A stretch of DNA of 64,000 nucleotides from an uncultured Candidatus Rokubacteria bacterium (lineage in GTDB: Bacteria; Methylomirabilota; Methylomirabilia; Rokubacteriales; CSP1-6). Positions 40,708 to 50,622 of the stretch are shown here, in pieces. Position 1 is the first letter of the stretch. The number at the start of each line of letters is the position of its first letter. The position numbers and the translations under genes were made by a program. The notes under the pieces were generated by a model. The model had not been told where the DNA came from, searched no databases, and was given only the letters and a program-made list of their open reading frames with translations. The stretch lies in contig CAWBMV010000021.1 in the NCBI GenBank assembly GCA_963789955.1, positions 32,001-96,000 of the forward strand. The letters run 5' to 3'.

Positions 40708-41408
40708 CGGAGGTCGTCCTTGAATGTGAGCCGCAGTCCCCCGATGACGATCTCGTCGCCGTCGCTGAGCGTCGCGTGGCGCGTCGGCTTGTCGTTGACC
40801 CGCATGCGGTACCACCAGGATGTGTTCCGCACCTCGTACTGCGACCCGGTGCGGCTGATGTGCAGATGATGGTTCGGCCCGCGGCAGTCGACCTGCAAGT
40901 CGCAGTCGTCGTCGCGACCGATCACGACCTCGCCGTCGGTCAGCGTGAAGGTCCCTTCATCGCCGCCGGCCTGCCAGCGCACGTGGGCCCGGCGCTTCTC
41001 GACGACGCTTGCCCGGATCTTGGCCAGCTCCTCCGGTCGCATCACCAAGGTGCGACCCGGCTCGGCGTGCCCGGTCCTGGGAATGTAGAGCGGTGGTGCC
41101 GGCTCGGCCGGCACGTGGTCGAAGAAGAGGGAGAATTTGCCGAAGGAGATCTCGTCACCGCGCTTGAGCGGTGCCGAGCCCCCGAGGCGCCGCCCGTTGA
41201 GAAAGGTGCCGTTGCCCGACTCGAGGTCGCGAACGAACCACAGCGCATCCTGGAGACGGATCTCGGCCTGGTGGCGGGATACAGCGACGTTGTCGATGAC
41301 GACCTCCAGCCCCATCTCGCGCCCGACCCGTATGACCGGGTGCTCGATGTGGTCGATGTCGTACACCTTCAGCGCGGTTCGCTCGACGACCAAGGTGAGC
41401 TTTGGCAT
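40704..41408 (-). CDS. Tandem FHA-domain protein
   Basis: First FHA canonical (VGR...VSRHQA...DLESGNGTFLNG...GDEI); second FHA-like (IGRD...LSDGDEIVIG); G/A-rich RBS before ATG 41408. Confidence 0.88.
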   Translation of the reverse strand: MPKLTLVVERTALKVYDIDHIEHPVIRVGREMGLEVVIDNVAVSRHQAEIRLQDALWFVRDLESGNGTFLNGRRLGGSAPLKRGDEISFGKFSLFFDHVPAEPAPPLYIPRTGHAEPGRTLVMRPEELAKIRASVVEKRRAHVRWQAGGDEGTFTLTDGEVVIGRDDDCDLQVDCRGPNHHLHISRTGSQYEVRNTSWWYRMRVNDKPTRHATLSDGDEIVIGGLRLTFKDDLR

Positions 41409-41643
41409 ATGCCCCTCCCCCTCTCCCCCTTCAGGTACAGCAACAGATGGGCCACACCGGCTCATCCAGAAAAGCTTTGCTCCGCTGACGGTTACAAGGC
41501 AGGGCTCTGGAATATCCCCGTCCCGGTGACCATGAGCGGGCCTGCCGGTGACGGAAGTGACACACTGGCGGCATTCGGGCAGGTTCTCGATCGGTTGCCC
41601 CGGGCGGATGGCAAAATCCGGGGGAAAGGGGCTCACGAGATCT

Positions 41644-42589
41644 ATGCCGAAAACGGTGCCGGCGGACTACCAGTGCAGGGTGCGCAAACCGGATGACTTC
41701 GACGCGTTCTGGCAGGACGTGGTGCGGCAGGCCGCCGCCATTCCCCTGGAACGTCGAGGTCGTGCCCGATCCGCTGCGGACATCGGACGACGTCGAGGTC
41801 TTCGAGGTCTTCTACACGAGCCTCGACGATGTCCGGATCGCGTGCTGGTACTGCCGCCCGACTCGCCGGGCGGAGCGCTCACCGGCGATCATGTTCTTGC
41901 CGGGCTATCAGATGGACCCGCCCATTCCCAAAGAGTGGGCGCGGAAGGGCTACATCGCTCTGTCCGTCGCGCCGCGGGGCAAGCTTCGGAGCAATCGCCA
42001 GTTCAACCCCGGATATCCGAATCTGCTCACGCACAACATCGTCGATCGGCACACGTACGCCTATCGCGGCTTCTACGTGGACACCTGGCGCGGTATCGAT
42101 TTTCTGCTCTCGCGTCCCGAGGTCGACGGCACGCGCATCGGCGTGGTCGGCAGCAGCCAGGGCGGCGGTCTGGTCATCACGACGGCCGCGATGCGGCCGG
42201 AGGTGCGCGCGGCGGCGGCCGGGGTGCCATACCTCTGTGGCTTCATGGATGCCATCGAGCTGACGCACACCTATCCGTACGAAGAGATCAACGACTATCT
42301 TCGACTTCATCCGGACCGTCGCACCGAGGTCGAGGACACGCTCGCGTACTTCGACGGGATCAACTTCGCCGACGGGATCACCTGCCCGATCGTCGTGAAC
42401 ATCGGACTGCAAGACAACGTGTGTCCGCCGGAGACGGGCTACGCGCTGTTCAACCGGATCGGCGCCGGCGACAAGCAGCTCTACCCCTACGATGGCCACG
42501 GCCACGACGGCGGGCGCGCGCGCCACGGCGCCATCGTCGACCGATTCTTCGCCCAGCATCTCCAGAGCGGACAGGTGAGCGACCGATGA
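41644..42589 (+). CDS. Acetylxylan esterase / cephalosporin-C deacetylase (CE7 family); frameshift near 41752
   Basis: PDDFDAFW N-terminus, PRG, GSSQGGG nucleophile elbow, YFDG.NFA, DNVCPP, GHGH. Confidence 0.88.
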
Positions 42590-43497
42590 GCCAGGCGCCG
42601 CAGACCTTTCGTGAGTACTGGCAGGAGACGCTCGGCAGTCTGGCGCGCTATCCCGCGTGCCCCGAGCTCGACCCGGTCCCGCTGCGCAGCACCGCGTTTG
42701 CCACCTTGTACGGCGTCCGCCTCACCAGCGTCGGCCCCTACCGCCTGTTCGGCTATCTCAGCATCCCGACCGGCACGGGGCCGTTTCCCGCGATCTACTA
42801 CGCGCCCAAATACCAGAGTGTTCTCGAGATCATTCCACAGGGCACCGCGAATCTGATCCGCAGCCGGTACATCATCTTCTCTCTCGCCGGGCGCGGGCAG
42901 CGCAACGCCGACACACCGTATGCGGCGATGTTTCCGGGCTTGCTCACCGAGGGGATCGACGATGCCGCGGCCTACATCTTTCGGGGCATCGTTGCCGACA
43001 GCGTCAGAGGTCTGGAGTTCCTGTCGACCCGGCGCGAGCTCGATCCGAAGCGAGTCGCCGTGGTGGGCAACGACCTGGCGCTCATCACCGCCGCGTTGAC
43101 GTCAGGCGCGACGCACGTGGTGGCGGCGCCGGCGCTGTTCTACAAGACAGCCGACCTTGCCGCGAAGACGCAGACGTACCCGCTCGAGGAGATCAACGAT
43201 TACCTGCGGACCTTCCCGGCGCGCGCCGAGGCCGTGCGCCGCACGCTCGCCTACTACGACCTCCTCGCCTTTGCTCCCCGCGTCGCGGCAGAGACGCTCC
43301 TGATGGCCGGCGCGCCCGGCACCCTGCTCGGCGGGCAGGCGCTGAAGCCACTCGTCGACGCGATTCCGGGCCGCGTGACGGTCCACGAATCCGAGCACTC
43401 CACCTACCGGGACGGCCTCTACGCCGAGCAGTGGATCGCCGCGCAGTGCGGGATCGGCGATCTACAGAGCATCCTTCCGGAGCACTGGCGCGACTGA
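42586..43497 (+). CDS. CE7-like paralog lacking the catalytic serine motif
   Basis: ATGA overlap; FREYW, GRGQ, YIFRGIVADSVRGLEFL, YPLEEINDYLR, TLAYYD, but VVGNDLA in place of GxSQGGG. Confidence 0.75.
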   Translation: MSQAPQTFREYWQETLGSLARYPACPELDPVPLRSTAFATLYGVRLTSVGPYRLFGYLSIPTGTGPFPAIYYAPKYQSVLEIIPQGTANLIRSRYIIFSLAGRGQRNADTPYAAMFPGLLTEGIDDAAAYIFRGIVADSVRGLEFLSTRRELDPKRVAVVGNDLALITAALTSGATHVVAAPALFYKTADLAAKTQTYPLEEINDYLRTFPARAEAVRRTLAYYDLLAFAPRVAAETLLMAGAPGTLLGGQALKPLVDAIPGRVTVHESEHSTYRDGLYAEQWIAAQCGIGDLQSILPEHWRD

Positions 43498-43509
43498 CGC
43501 TTCGCGGAA

Positions 43510-44283
43510 CTAGACGCCGCGCCGCACGCGATAGTCCACGTTGTCCCTCACCCACTTCCAGAATCGATCCTGGCTCGGAAGATCGGCGTCCGGCTTCATC
43601 TGGGCGCGCCAGCCCTTCATGACGTCGTGCTCCACGGCCCAGAAGCGCACCCGGTCGCGCTTCACCAGCTTGCGCCAGTTGTCGCCGACCTTGGGGCTGG
43701 CGTAGACCAGGCGGACCGTGACGCTCTTGGAGAGGTAGTCGAGCGGACTGAGATCGATGCGCTGGTACGACGCGGGCGTCCCCGACTTGATCGTCCCGTC
43801 GGGCACGTCGGGCACCCCGTCGCTGACCACCATCACGGTGATCGGCGCCAGCACGAGATTGCGCTCCTTCACGTGGCGCGAGACCTGCTGGAAGAAGACG
43901 TTGAAATCGGTGAGCGTGTCCGTGGGCGGAAACCACTTCCGGAGGTCGGCCTCGATCTGCTTGACGTCCTTGTTGTTGAACTCGTGGATCGGGTGGAAGG
44001 ACTTCGGCTCCTGGTTGTCCCGCCCGCCGATGGCCGTCACGAACAGATCGCGCGGTTTCGAGAGGCCGCCGAGCTCGTGCATGTGGCCGTACAGGTAGTG
44101 GGCGACAAACGTGATGGCATCGTCGTAGGCCGGTCGGAACGATCCGCTGGTGTCGATGCCGACGAACAACGTCGACCGCGGCCCCTTGTTCTCCTCCGTC
44201 TCCGCCGCCGACGCCACCACGGCGATACTGAGCAGAGCGGCCACGACCAGGCGAGTGGCGAGGGAACGACCCAGGTACCTCAT
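43510..44283 (-). CDS. Exported von Willebrand A (MIDAS) domain protein
   Basis: Signal peptide; FVGIDTSGS (DxSxS), TDF, VVSDG. Confidence 0.7.
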   Translation of the reverse strand: MRYLGRSLATRLVVAALLSIAVVASAAETEENKGPRSTLFVGIDTSGSFRPAYDDAITFVAHYLYGHMHELGGLSKPRDLFVTAIGGRDNQEPKSFHPIHEFNNKDVKQIEADLRKWFPPTDTLTDFNVFFQQVSRHVKERNLVLAPITVMVVSDGVPDVPDGTIKSGTPASYQRIDLSPLDYLSKSVTVRLVYASPKVGDNWRKLVKRDRVRFWAVEHDVMKGWRAQMKPDADLPSQDRFWKWVRDNVDYRVRRGV

Positions 44284-45515
44284 AGCGTGGCCGGCTTCCG
44301 CGGCGGCGTGTGCATGTGCATAGTCTGCAAGATGTGCCAGGTCTGCGTGATCTCACTACCGTCCTTGAAGGGCAGCGAGAAGACCTGACGGGAGGACACG
44401 AGGACCATGCCGAAGTTGACCGCGGCGGCCGCGAGCTGCAAGACCGGCAGCACCAGGTAGTCGAGGAGCTCGGCGCTCTTGGCGTGGAGCCATTCGATTT
44501 CCTGCTTGAGCTCGGCCACCGGCTGTCGCCACCACGCCGGCGTCGGCTTGCCGTTGGTGGGGCGCTGGGCGGCGTCGTCCACCATCGGCCGCCGCGAGAT
44601 GAAGGCGAGCATCGGCGGGGTTCCGAACTGGCCGAACAGGAACCACGTCATGCCGCGGATACCGATCCAGCCGAACGACGACAGGGCGAGCGTGACCGTG
44701 AGGCCCAGCTTCATCCCCGTCTGCTGCGAGATCCATGGCGTCAGCGCGTCGATGAGCTCGCGATAGAGGAAGATGACCTCGAAGAACATGACGAACAGCT
44801 CGACCACGACCATCTGGACGATGAACTTCCACTCCCGCTTCTTCACCGCGTCCATCAAGGTCTGCACGCACGCGAAGCTGCCCATGACGAGCAGCAGCAG
44901 GAAGAAGTAGAGGATCGGGGTCGTGTAGTGTGCCGTCGACTCGCCGCCGACGAGGTCGGCGAGGAGCTCGGTCACCGTGGGCATCAAGGTGTACGTGAAG
45001 ATGGCGGCCTCGAGCGCGCACCAGAAGATGAGCATCACGAACGCGACCCAGGGCACGCCCGGCGTGAAATAGCTCTGCGTCATGCGGCCGGTCATCGTGA
45101 AGGGCATCAATAGTATCTGGCGAATCACTTCGAGCACGAGCTTCGCCACGAAGGTGCTGAACGTCACGGCCCATCCCAGGGCCACCCCGACGAACCGGAA
45201 CATGCCCACCCAGTAGAGCCACACGGCGCGCACGGCATCCCACCACGTCAGCATCATCGTCGGGATGAACTGCGCGCGCCCCGAGCGGAACGGCAATGTA
45301 TAGATCGAGAGCTGGGTGCACCAGACCGCCGCGACGGCGAGCAGCGCCGGGAAGACCAGGAAGAGATATTTCGCGGTGACGAGCCACCAGGGACCCGGGG
45401 CGAAGAAGAAGTCCCAGAGCATGTGCTGCATCCGCGGGATCCACGCCAGCGGCGCAATCAACACATCCACCAGCTGACGCCAGGGTTCGGGAATCTGTTG
45501 AAAGAGCTCAAACAT
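44280..45515 (-). CDS. Polytopic membrane protein of unknown function
   Basis: 411 aa, about 7-8 hydrophobic segments, RBS AAGGAGG, ATGA overlap with the vWA gene, coding-like codon bias. Confidence 0.75.
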   Translation of the reverse strand: MFELFQQIPEPWRQLVDVLIAPLAWIPRMQHMLWDFFFAPGPWWLVTAKYLFLVFPALLAVAAVWCTQLSIYTLPFRSGRAQFIPTMMLTWWDAVRAVWLYWVGMFRFVGVALGWAVTFSTFVAKLVLEVIRQILLMPFTMTGRMTQSYFTPGVPWVAFVMLIFWCALEAAIFTYTLMPTVTELLADLVGGESTAHYTTPILYFFLLLLVMGSFACVQTLMDAVKKREWKFIVQMVVVELFVMFFEVIFLYRELIDALTPWISQQTGMKLGLTVTLALSSFGWIGIRGMTWFLFGQFGTPPMLAFISRRPMVDDAAQRPTNGKPTPAWWRQPVAELKQEIEWLHAKSAELLDYLVLPVLQLAAAAVNFGMVLVSSRQVFSLPFKDGSEITQTWHILQTMHMHTPPRKPATL

Positions 45516-45554
45516 TGACGCCTCCTTGGGCCTGGGAGCATGGCGAACGAGCGC

Positions 45555-46676
45555 CTAGCGACTTAGCAAGCCTTCGGCCGCGCGCGTAAGATGACGATTC
45601 CTCGACGATGACCACCTTTCGCCGGTGGCTGTTTGGCATCGCTGAGCGAAATTGGCACGCCCACGCAGGCACGAGACGCCTGAGTCGTGGGTCTCGGGTC
45701 GTCTATCGAGTCGTACCGGTCTTACCACGCCGCGGATCCCGGCGAGCCTATGGCCGATCACAACCCGAAGGTGCTGAAGGATTCGTGCGCATCCGGGGAG
45801 CGGATCGCGCCACGCGAAGAGCAGTTGACGGGCTCCCAGCCATTGCCACAGCCAGGTGCGCGAACAATCGGTCGAGGGATTCGATGGCTCCCCGAACGCG
45901 ATCGAGCGGCACGCTGACCATGTAGGTGCTGTCGCCGAAGTCCGGGGGAAACATGCGCAGGCGCTGCCTGACGAAGCGCGTGATGGGACGTCCGAGCCGG
46001 TCGACGAACCCTTCCACCATGTAGTGGCAGGTCGGCGGCCCCGGGATATATTCTGTAGCATGACGTCGAGCCCCCGCCGCTGGGCATCGAGCGCGAGGGC
46101 AATCGCCTCGGACGGCGTCTCGAAGTGCAAGCCCTTGGCGCCGTAACCACGACGGAAGGCCTGAGAATGGCGCGGCTTCAGGAACGCGTTCACAAAAGCA
46201 TCGGTGCGGACAGCAGCCCAGTCGCCCTCGTTCTCGAACAACACCGTGCGAGGGTGCGGCACGTCGAGCTGGTCCAGGAGTCTCGCGAAGCGCCCCTGGT
46301 CGATGAGAGCGTCGAGGCTCTCCGCGGACGCGAGACTCGCCGGGAACCTCGCGGCGACTGTCGGATCGACCTGGGCCATCGCGAGGGCCCACTCATCGCT
46401 GCAGGGGATGACCACCATGCGGTCCACGGGCAGCTTCGCCAGAAACGCGGACAGCGTCGTGGGCGTGGGTTGTCCCACTCTGCCGGCGCCGCGCGGTGCC
46501 ACCTGGAGTACGACACAAAGCTGCCGTCGGTCCCGGTCGCGAAAAGCGGAATGCGCTTTCGGCCCAGGCTTCGGATCGTGCTCAACGTCAAGATCCAGGG
46601 ACCGCCGATGATCAGGACAGGAACGCGAGGGGTGAAATCGCGCACGGCTGCACTCCGGTGAGGCGTAAAGTCGACC
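45555..46676 (-). pseudogene. ATP-grasp carboxylate-amine ligase (D-aspartate ligase-like), frameshifted and apparently internally deleted
   Basis: LSTIRSLGRKRIP...SYSRW; IPCSDEW; DVPHPRT; FLKP; QEYIPGP; RQRLRMFPPDFGDST; then jumps to LFAWRDPLP with no EFK...EVNAR segment. Confidence 0.65.
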
Positions 46677-46726
46677 GTCCCCACTATAGCTGGTTTCCGA
46701 GTCGTGGCCGGGCGGGATGAAGGGAC

Positions 46727-47485
46727 ATGGTGAGACCTGAAGGAGCCTACAGCATTTCGGCGGAGACACTGATCCTCGCGGCGCTCGTGATCTTCATCGG
46801 GTACACGATATTCGGCGCCACCGGCTTCGGCGCGTCGCCGATCACGATCCCCGTCCTCGCGCACGTGCTTCCGCTGACCCTGGTGCTCTCGCTGGCCGCG
46901 CTCCTCGACTTCGGCTCAGGTCTGGCTCTCGGGTTTCATACGCGCAAGCAGGCCAACATGCCGGAGCTGCTGACGCTCGTGCCGTTCACCGTGATAGGGC
47001 TCACCTTGGGCGTGACGCTCCTCGTCAACATGCCACGCGACGTGACCGTGCGGGCGCTCGGGTTGTTCGTGTGCGTGTACGCGCTCTACGTGATGCTTCG
47101 GCGCGCGCCGGTGCGACGACTGAGTCGGTGGTGGGCGGCGCCTGCCGGCGTGCTCGGAGGCATCGTCGGAAGCCTCTTCGGTATGGGCGGTCCGCCGTAC
47201 GTCGTGTACATCTCCGGCCGAATCCCGGACCCGGCGGCCCAGCGCGCGACCATCTCCCAGATGGTGATCCTGAACGTCGGCCTGCGGGTCCTGGCCTTCG
47301 CTCTCGCCGGCCTGCTGCTCTCGCGCCCGCTCTGGATCGCCGTGATGGTCCTGCTGCCCGTGGCATGGGCCGGAGTGTGGGCCGGCAATCGAGCGCACGT
47401 GAGCGTCGCGCCGGCGACGATGGCCCGCACGATCGGCGCAGCGCTGTTCATCACCGGCGTCGCGCTGATCGTGCGAACGCTCTAG
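46727..47485 (+). CDS. TauE/SafE family membrane exporter
   Basis: GATGFG, duplicated GG..G..FG.GGPP, eight TM pattern. Confidence 0.85.
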   Translation: MVRPEGAYSISAETLILAALVIFIGYTIFGATGFGASPITIPVLAHVLPLTLVLSLAALLDFGSGLALGFHTRKQANMPELLTLVPFTVIGLTLGVTLLVNMPRDVTVRALGLFVCVYALYVMLRRAPVRRLSRWWAAPAGVLGGIVGSLFGMGGPPYVVYISGRIPDPAAQRATISQMVILNVGLRVLAFALAGLLLSRPLWIAVMVLLPVAWAGVWAGNRAHVSVAPATMARTIGAALFITGVALIVRTL

Positions 47486-47503
47486 AGCGCGCCGCGCGTC
47501 ACG

Positions 47504-47986
47504 TCACAGGCCGACGGTTGTCCGAATGCTCCCCATGTGCTCGTCAATGTGCGAGAGCAGGCCGAGATTGATGAGCTGCTCGGCCGTCATGGGCGGCGCA
47601 TCGGTGAAGACGGTTCCGCTTTTCGCCAGCTGATCGTCGGACAAGCCGCGGAGCATGGCCGATGCCGTCGCGGCCCCCTTCTGGAAGAGCGCGAGCGTTT
47701 CCGCGCGCGTGCAGTGGGCGTGCTCCACGGCGTGCTGCGCGTTCATCTGGTCCAGCATGGTCCGCGTGAAGTTGCCGCGTGGCGGCGCGCCGGCCACGAG
47801 ACCTGTCACGATGCCGGCCACCGCCTCCAGTCCCCCCGCCAGATGATGCGCGGTCACGCCTACCGTCCACTTCTCCGCCGCCGTAATCTTCTGCCAGTCC
47901 GCGTCGCCTAGCTTCTGAAGCGTCGCCACGGCGTCCCGGGCCTTTCCCTCGAGCTGTGCGGCCAGTGCCCCTGTCTTCGCTCCCAT
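47504..47986 (-). CDS. DinB/maleylpyruvate isomerase N-terminal-like protein
   Basis: WTVGVTAHHL and terminal HIDEH, typical DinB-superfamily His ligands; RBS GAGGGAG. Confidence 0.7.
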   Translation of the reverse strand: MGAKTGALAAQLEGKARDAVATLQKLGDADWQKITAAEKWTVGVTAHHLAGGLEAVAGIVTGLVAGAPPRGNFTRTMLDQMNAQHAVEHAHCTRAETLALFQKGAATASAMLRGLSDDQLAKSGTVFTDAPPMTAEQLINLGLLSHIDEHMGSIRTTVGL

Positions 47987-48088
47987 GGATCTCTCCCTCC
48001 TCTTACCTATACGTCGAACGCGCCCGGCCGAAATCGACACTCGGCAGACGGATAGGCAACGACGGAGGACGCGCCTGGGGTGCTGTAG

Positions 48089-49309
48089 CTAGCGCAGCCG
48101 CGGACCCGGGTCCATCTTCATGAGGGCCCGGCCGCCGATCGGGTACCACTCCGGCGCGATCGTCACCGCCTGGCCGACCACGTGGAGATCGCGCCAGCAC
48201 TCGGCCAGCCGACTCTCGCGCCGGTAGGACGTGCTGCCGCCGAGCCGGTACATCAAATCCATCGCCTCACGAGCGCAGTCGGCAGCATGCACCGCGGCCA
48301 GCCGGCAACGAGCTCGCTGCTCGAGTGTGGTCTCCTCGCCGGCCGCGACGGTCTTCCACAGCTCGGTGATCATCGCGCTGCGATGCGCGCGACCGGCGTT
48401 CAGGATCGCGTCGGCCCGACCGACCGCGTCCTGAACTTGAGGACTGTCGCAGAGGCGACCGGTCCGGCCGCGCGGCGTCTTCTCGCTCGCCAGCTCGATC
48501 AGCGCGTCGATGCCCGCGCGGGCGATGCCGGTGATCACGGCGCAGTGATGGGGTCCGACCCAGGCCTGCGCGGGCAAGGCGTACGAGATCCCGGGCCAGC
48601 GCTGCCATTGGTTGTCGAGCGGGATACCGGCGTGGACCATCATCCGCCGCTCCGGCAGGAAGACATCGTCGACCGTCCAGTCGAAGCTGCCGGTTGCCCG
48701 CATCCCGGCCACGTCCCAGCTGCCCTCGACGATCCGCGCTTCTGAACGCGCGAACAGCCCGCGCCAGTAGACCGAGCTCCCATCCGGGCTGCGGCGCGGC
48801 TGGTCGCCGTCGAAAATCTGGAAGCTTCCCAGCATCCAGGAGCTCTCCTGGCAGCCGGTGCCGAAGGGCCAGCGACCCGTGACTCGATAGCCACCGTCGA
48901 CGGGCAAGGCCCGGCCGCCGCCCATCACGGCGGTGCCGGCGATGACGGTGTCGGGCCTCTGCGCGTAGATCTCGTGGACGCCCTCGTCCGGCAACCCGAG
49001 CGTGACGAGCTGGCCGATGCTGTTGTTGGCCACGTTCCAGCCGGCCGAGCCGGCGGCCTCGGCCAGGAGCTCCACGACCCGCACGTAGGTCAGCGGGTCG
49101 GCCTGCAGGCCGCCCAATGCACGCGGCATCACGAGGCTGTAGAAGCCGGCGGCATGAAACTGCTCGACCAGCGCCTTGGGCAAGCGCTGCTCTCGCTCGA
49201 TCTCGTCGTGATAGCCGCGGATGACCGGCTGCAGCGCGGCCGCCGCTCGCACCGGCGGCTGCGCGTCGATCTCGTCCGGCAGGCGTTGCTCTTCCGAAAT
49301 CTCCCGCAT
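48089..49309 (-). CDS. Acyl-CoA dehydrogenase-fold flavin-dependent hydroxylase (HsaA/HpaH-like)
   Basis: P..LGG, GGYRVTGRWPFGTGC, WDVAGMRATGS, LGGSTS...L..CWRDLH. Confidence 0.85.
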   Translation of the reverse strand: MREISEEQRLPDEIDAQPPVRAAAALQPVIRGYHDEIEREQRLPKALVEQFHAAGFYSLVMPRALGGLQADPLTYVRVVELLAEAAGSAGWNVANNSIGQLVTLGLPDEGVHEIYAQRPDTVIAGTAVMGGGRALPVDGGYRVTGRWPFGTGCQESSWMLGSFQIFDGDQPRRSPDGSSVYWRGLFARSEARIVEGSWDVAGMRATGSFDWTVDDVFLPERRMMVHAGIPLDNQWQRWPGISYALPAQAWVGPHHCAVITGIARAGIDALIELASEKTPRGRTGRLCDSPQVQDAVGRADAILNAGRAHRSAMITELWKTVAAGEETTLEQRARCRLAAVHAADCAREAMDLMYRLGGSTSYRRESRLAECWRDLHVVGQAVTIAPEWYPIGGRALMKMDPGPRLR

Positions 49310-49388
49310 GTGGAGCGGATGTTCCGCTGGCGGAGCGAAGGTGTCAAGAGGTACTGTCGCTGATCATCACCACCCAGGAGACCTGCCC

Positions 49389-50612
49389 ATGTCGCGTTTG
49401 AACTTTGGCGCGTTCCTCGCTCCGCACCATCCCATCGGGGAGCACCCGATGCTGCAGTTCCGCCGCGATCTCGACCTCGTCGAGCACCTGGACAAGCTCG
49501 GGTACGAAGAATTCTGGTGCGGCGAGCACCATTCGAGCGGCTGGGAGATGATCGGCTCGCCCGAGATGTTCCTGGCCGCGGCGGGCGAGCGGACGAAGCG
49601 CATCAAGCTCGCCACCGGCGTCGTCTCCCTGCCCTATCACCATCCCTTCAACGTGGCGCAGCGGATGGTGCAGCTCGACTACATGACCGGTGGACGGGTG
49701 ATCTTCGGCTCCGGGCCGGGCGCCTTGGCCTCGGACGCTCACACGCTCGGGATCGATCCGATGCTGCTGCGCGACCGGCAGGACGAGGCCATCGGCGTGA
49801 TCCGCCGCCTGATGCGCGGAGAGCGCCTGACCGTCAAGTCTGACTGGTTCACCCTGCAGGACGCCGCCCTCCAGTTGTTGCCGTTGCAGGAGGACATGCC
49901 CTTCGCGGTCGCCTCGCAGATCAGCCCTTCCGGCATGACCCTGGCCGGAAAGCACGGCATCGGCATCATCTCGATCGGCTCGCTGTCCGAGGAAGGTCTC
50001 AATGCGCTCCCGACGCAATGGGGTTTCGCGGAGGCCGCCGCCGCCGAGCACGGCCAGACCGTCGATCGCAAGAACTGGCGAGTGCTGATGAGCTGGCACA
50101 TTGCGGAGACCCGCGATCAGGCGCGCGCCGAGGCCCGCGAGGGTCTGCTCCGACACCACAACGAGTACATCACGGCGACCCTGCAACGGCCCGGCGCACA
50201 TCCGTACAAGAGCGCCGACGAAGCCGTGGACAAGACCGCCTTCGTCCCCGGCGCCGTCGCCACGATCGGCACACCGGACGATCTCGTCGCTCGCATCAAA
50301 TCGGTGCTCGAGATCTCCGGCGGATTCGGGACGGTCGTCGGCTTCGTGCACGACTGGGCCAATCCGGAGAACTCGAGACGGAGCTGGGACATGGTGGCGC
50401 GCTACGTGGTGCCGGAGATCAACGGCTATCTCGCCGGCCTGCGCACGTCTCGCGAATTCGTCGCCGACAACCGCGAGTATTTCAACCGCGCCCGCCAGGC
50501 CGTGATGGCGAAGATCACCGAGAATCCGGCCGCGGCCGCCGCGCTCAAGGTCACGAAGTCGCCGCTGCTCGCCGCTTCGTCCAGCAGCGTGCCGGATCTC
50601 ACGCAGGCATAA
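49389..50612 (+). CDS. LLM-class flavin-dependent monooxygenase (LimB-like)
   Basis: FGAFLAPHH, WCGEHHS.GWE, TGVVSLPYHHP, GPGAL.SDA; RBS CAGGAG. Confidence 0.88.
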   Translation: MSRLNFGAFLAPHHPIGEHPMLQFRRDLDLVEHLDKLGYEEFWCGEHHSSGWEMIGSPEMFLAAAGERTKRIKLATGVVSLPYHHPFNVAQRMVQLDYMTGGRVIFGSGPGALASDAHTLGIDPMLLRDRQDEAIGVIRRLMRGERLTVKSDWFTLQDAALQLLPLQEDMPFAVASQISPSGMTLAGKHGIGIISIGSLSEEGLNALPTQWGFAEAAAAEHGQTVDRKNWRVLMSWHIAETRDQARAEAREGLLRHHNEYITATLQRPGAHPYKSADEAVDKTAFVPGAVATIGTPDDLVARIKSVLEISGGFGTVVGFVHDWANPENSRRSWDMVARYVVPEINGYLAGLRTSREFVADNREYFNRARQAVMAKITENPAAAAALKVTKSPLLAASSSSVPDLTQA

Positions 50613-50622
50613 TGGCCGGCAG

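Noticed and set aside
38425..40815. Kinase-TPR fusion (796-aa ORF)
   Set aside because: A frameshift near 39385 hides the PEGA end and stop at 39147; the downstream part has its own ATG and lipobox
41548..43497. Single 649-aa esterase ORF
   Set aside because: Artefact joining the N-terminus of esterase 1 to paralog 2 through an off-frame stretch; an ATGA overlap at 42586 marks two genes
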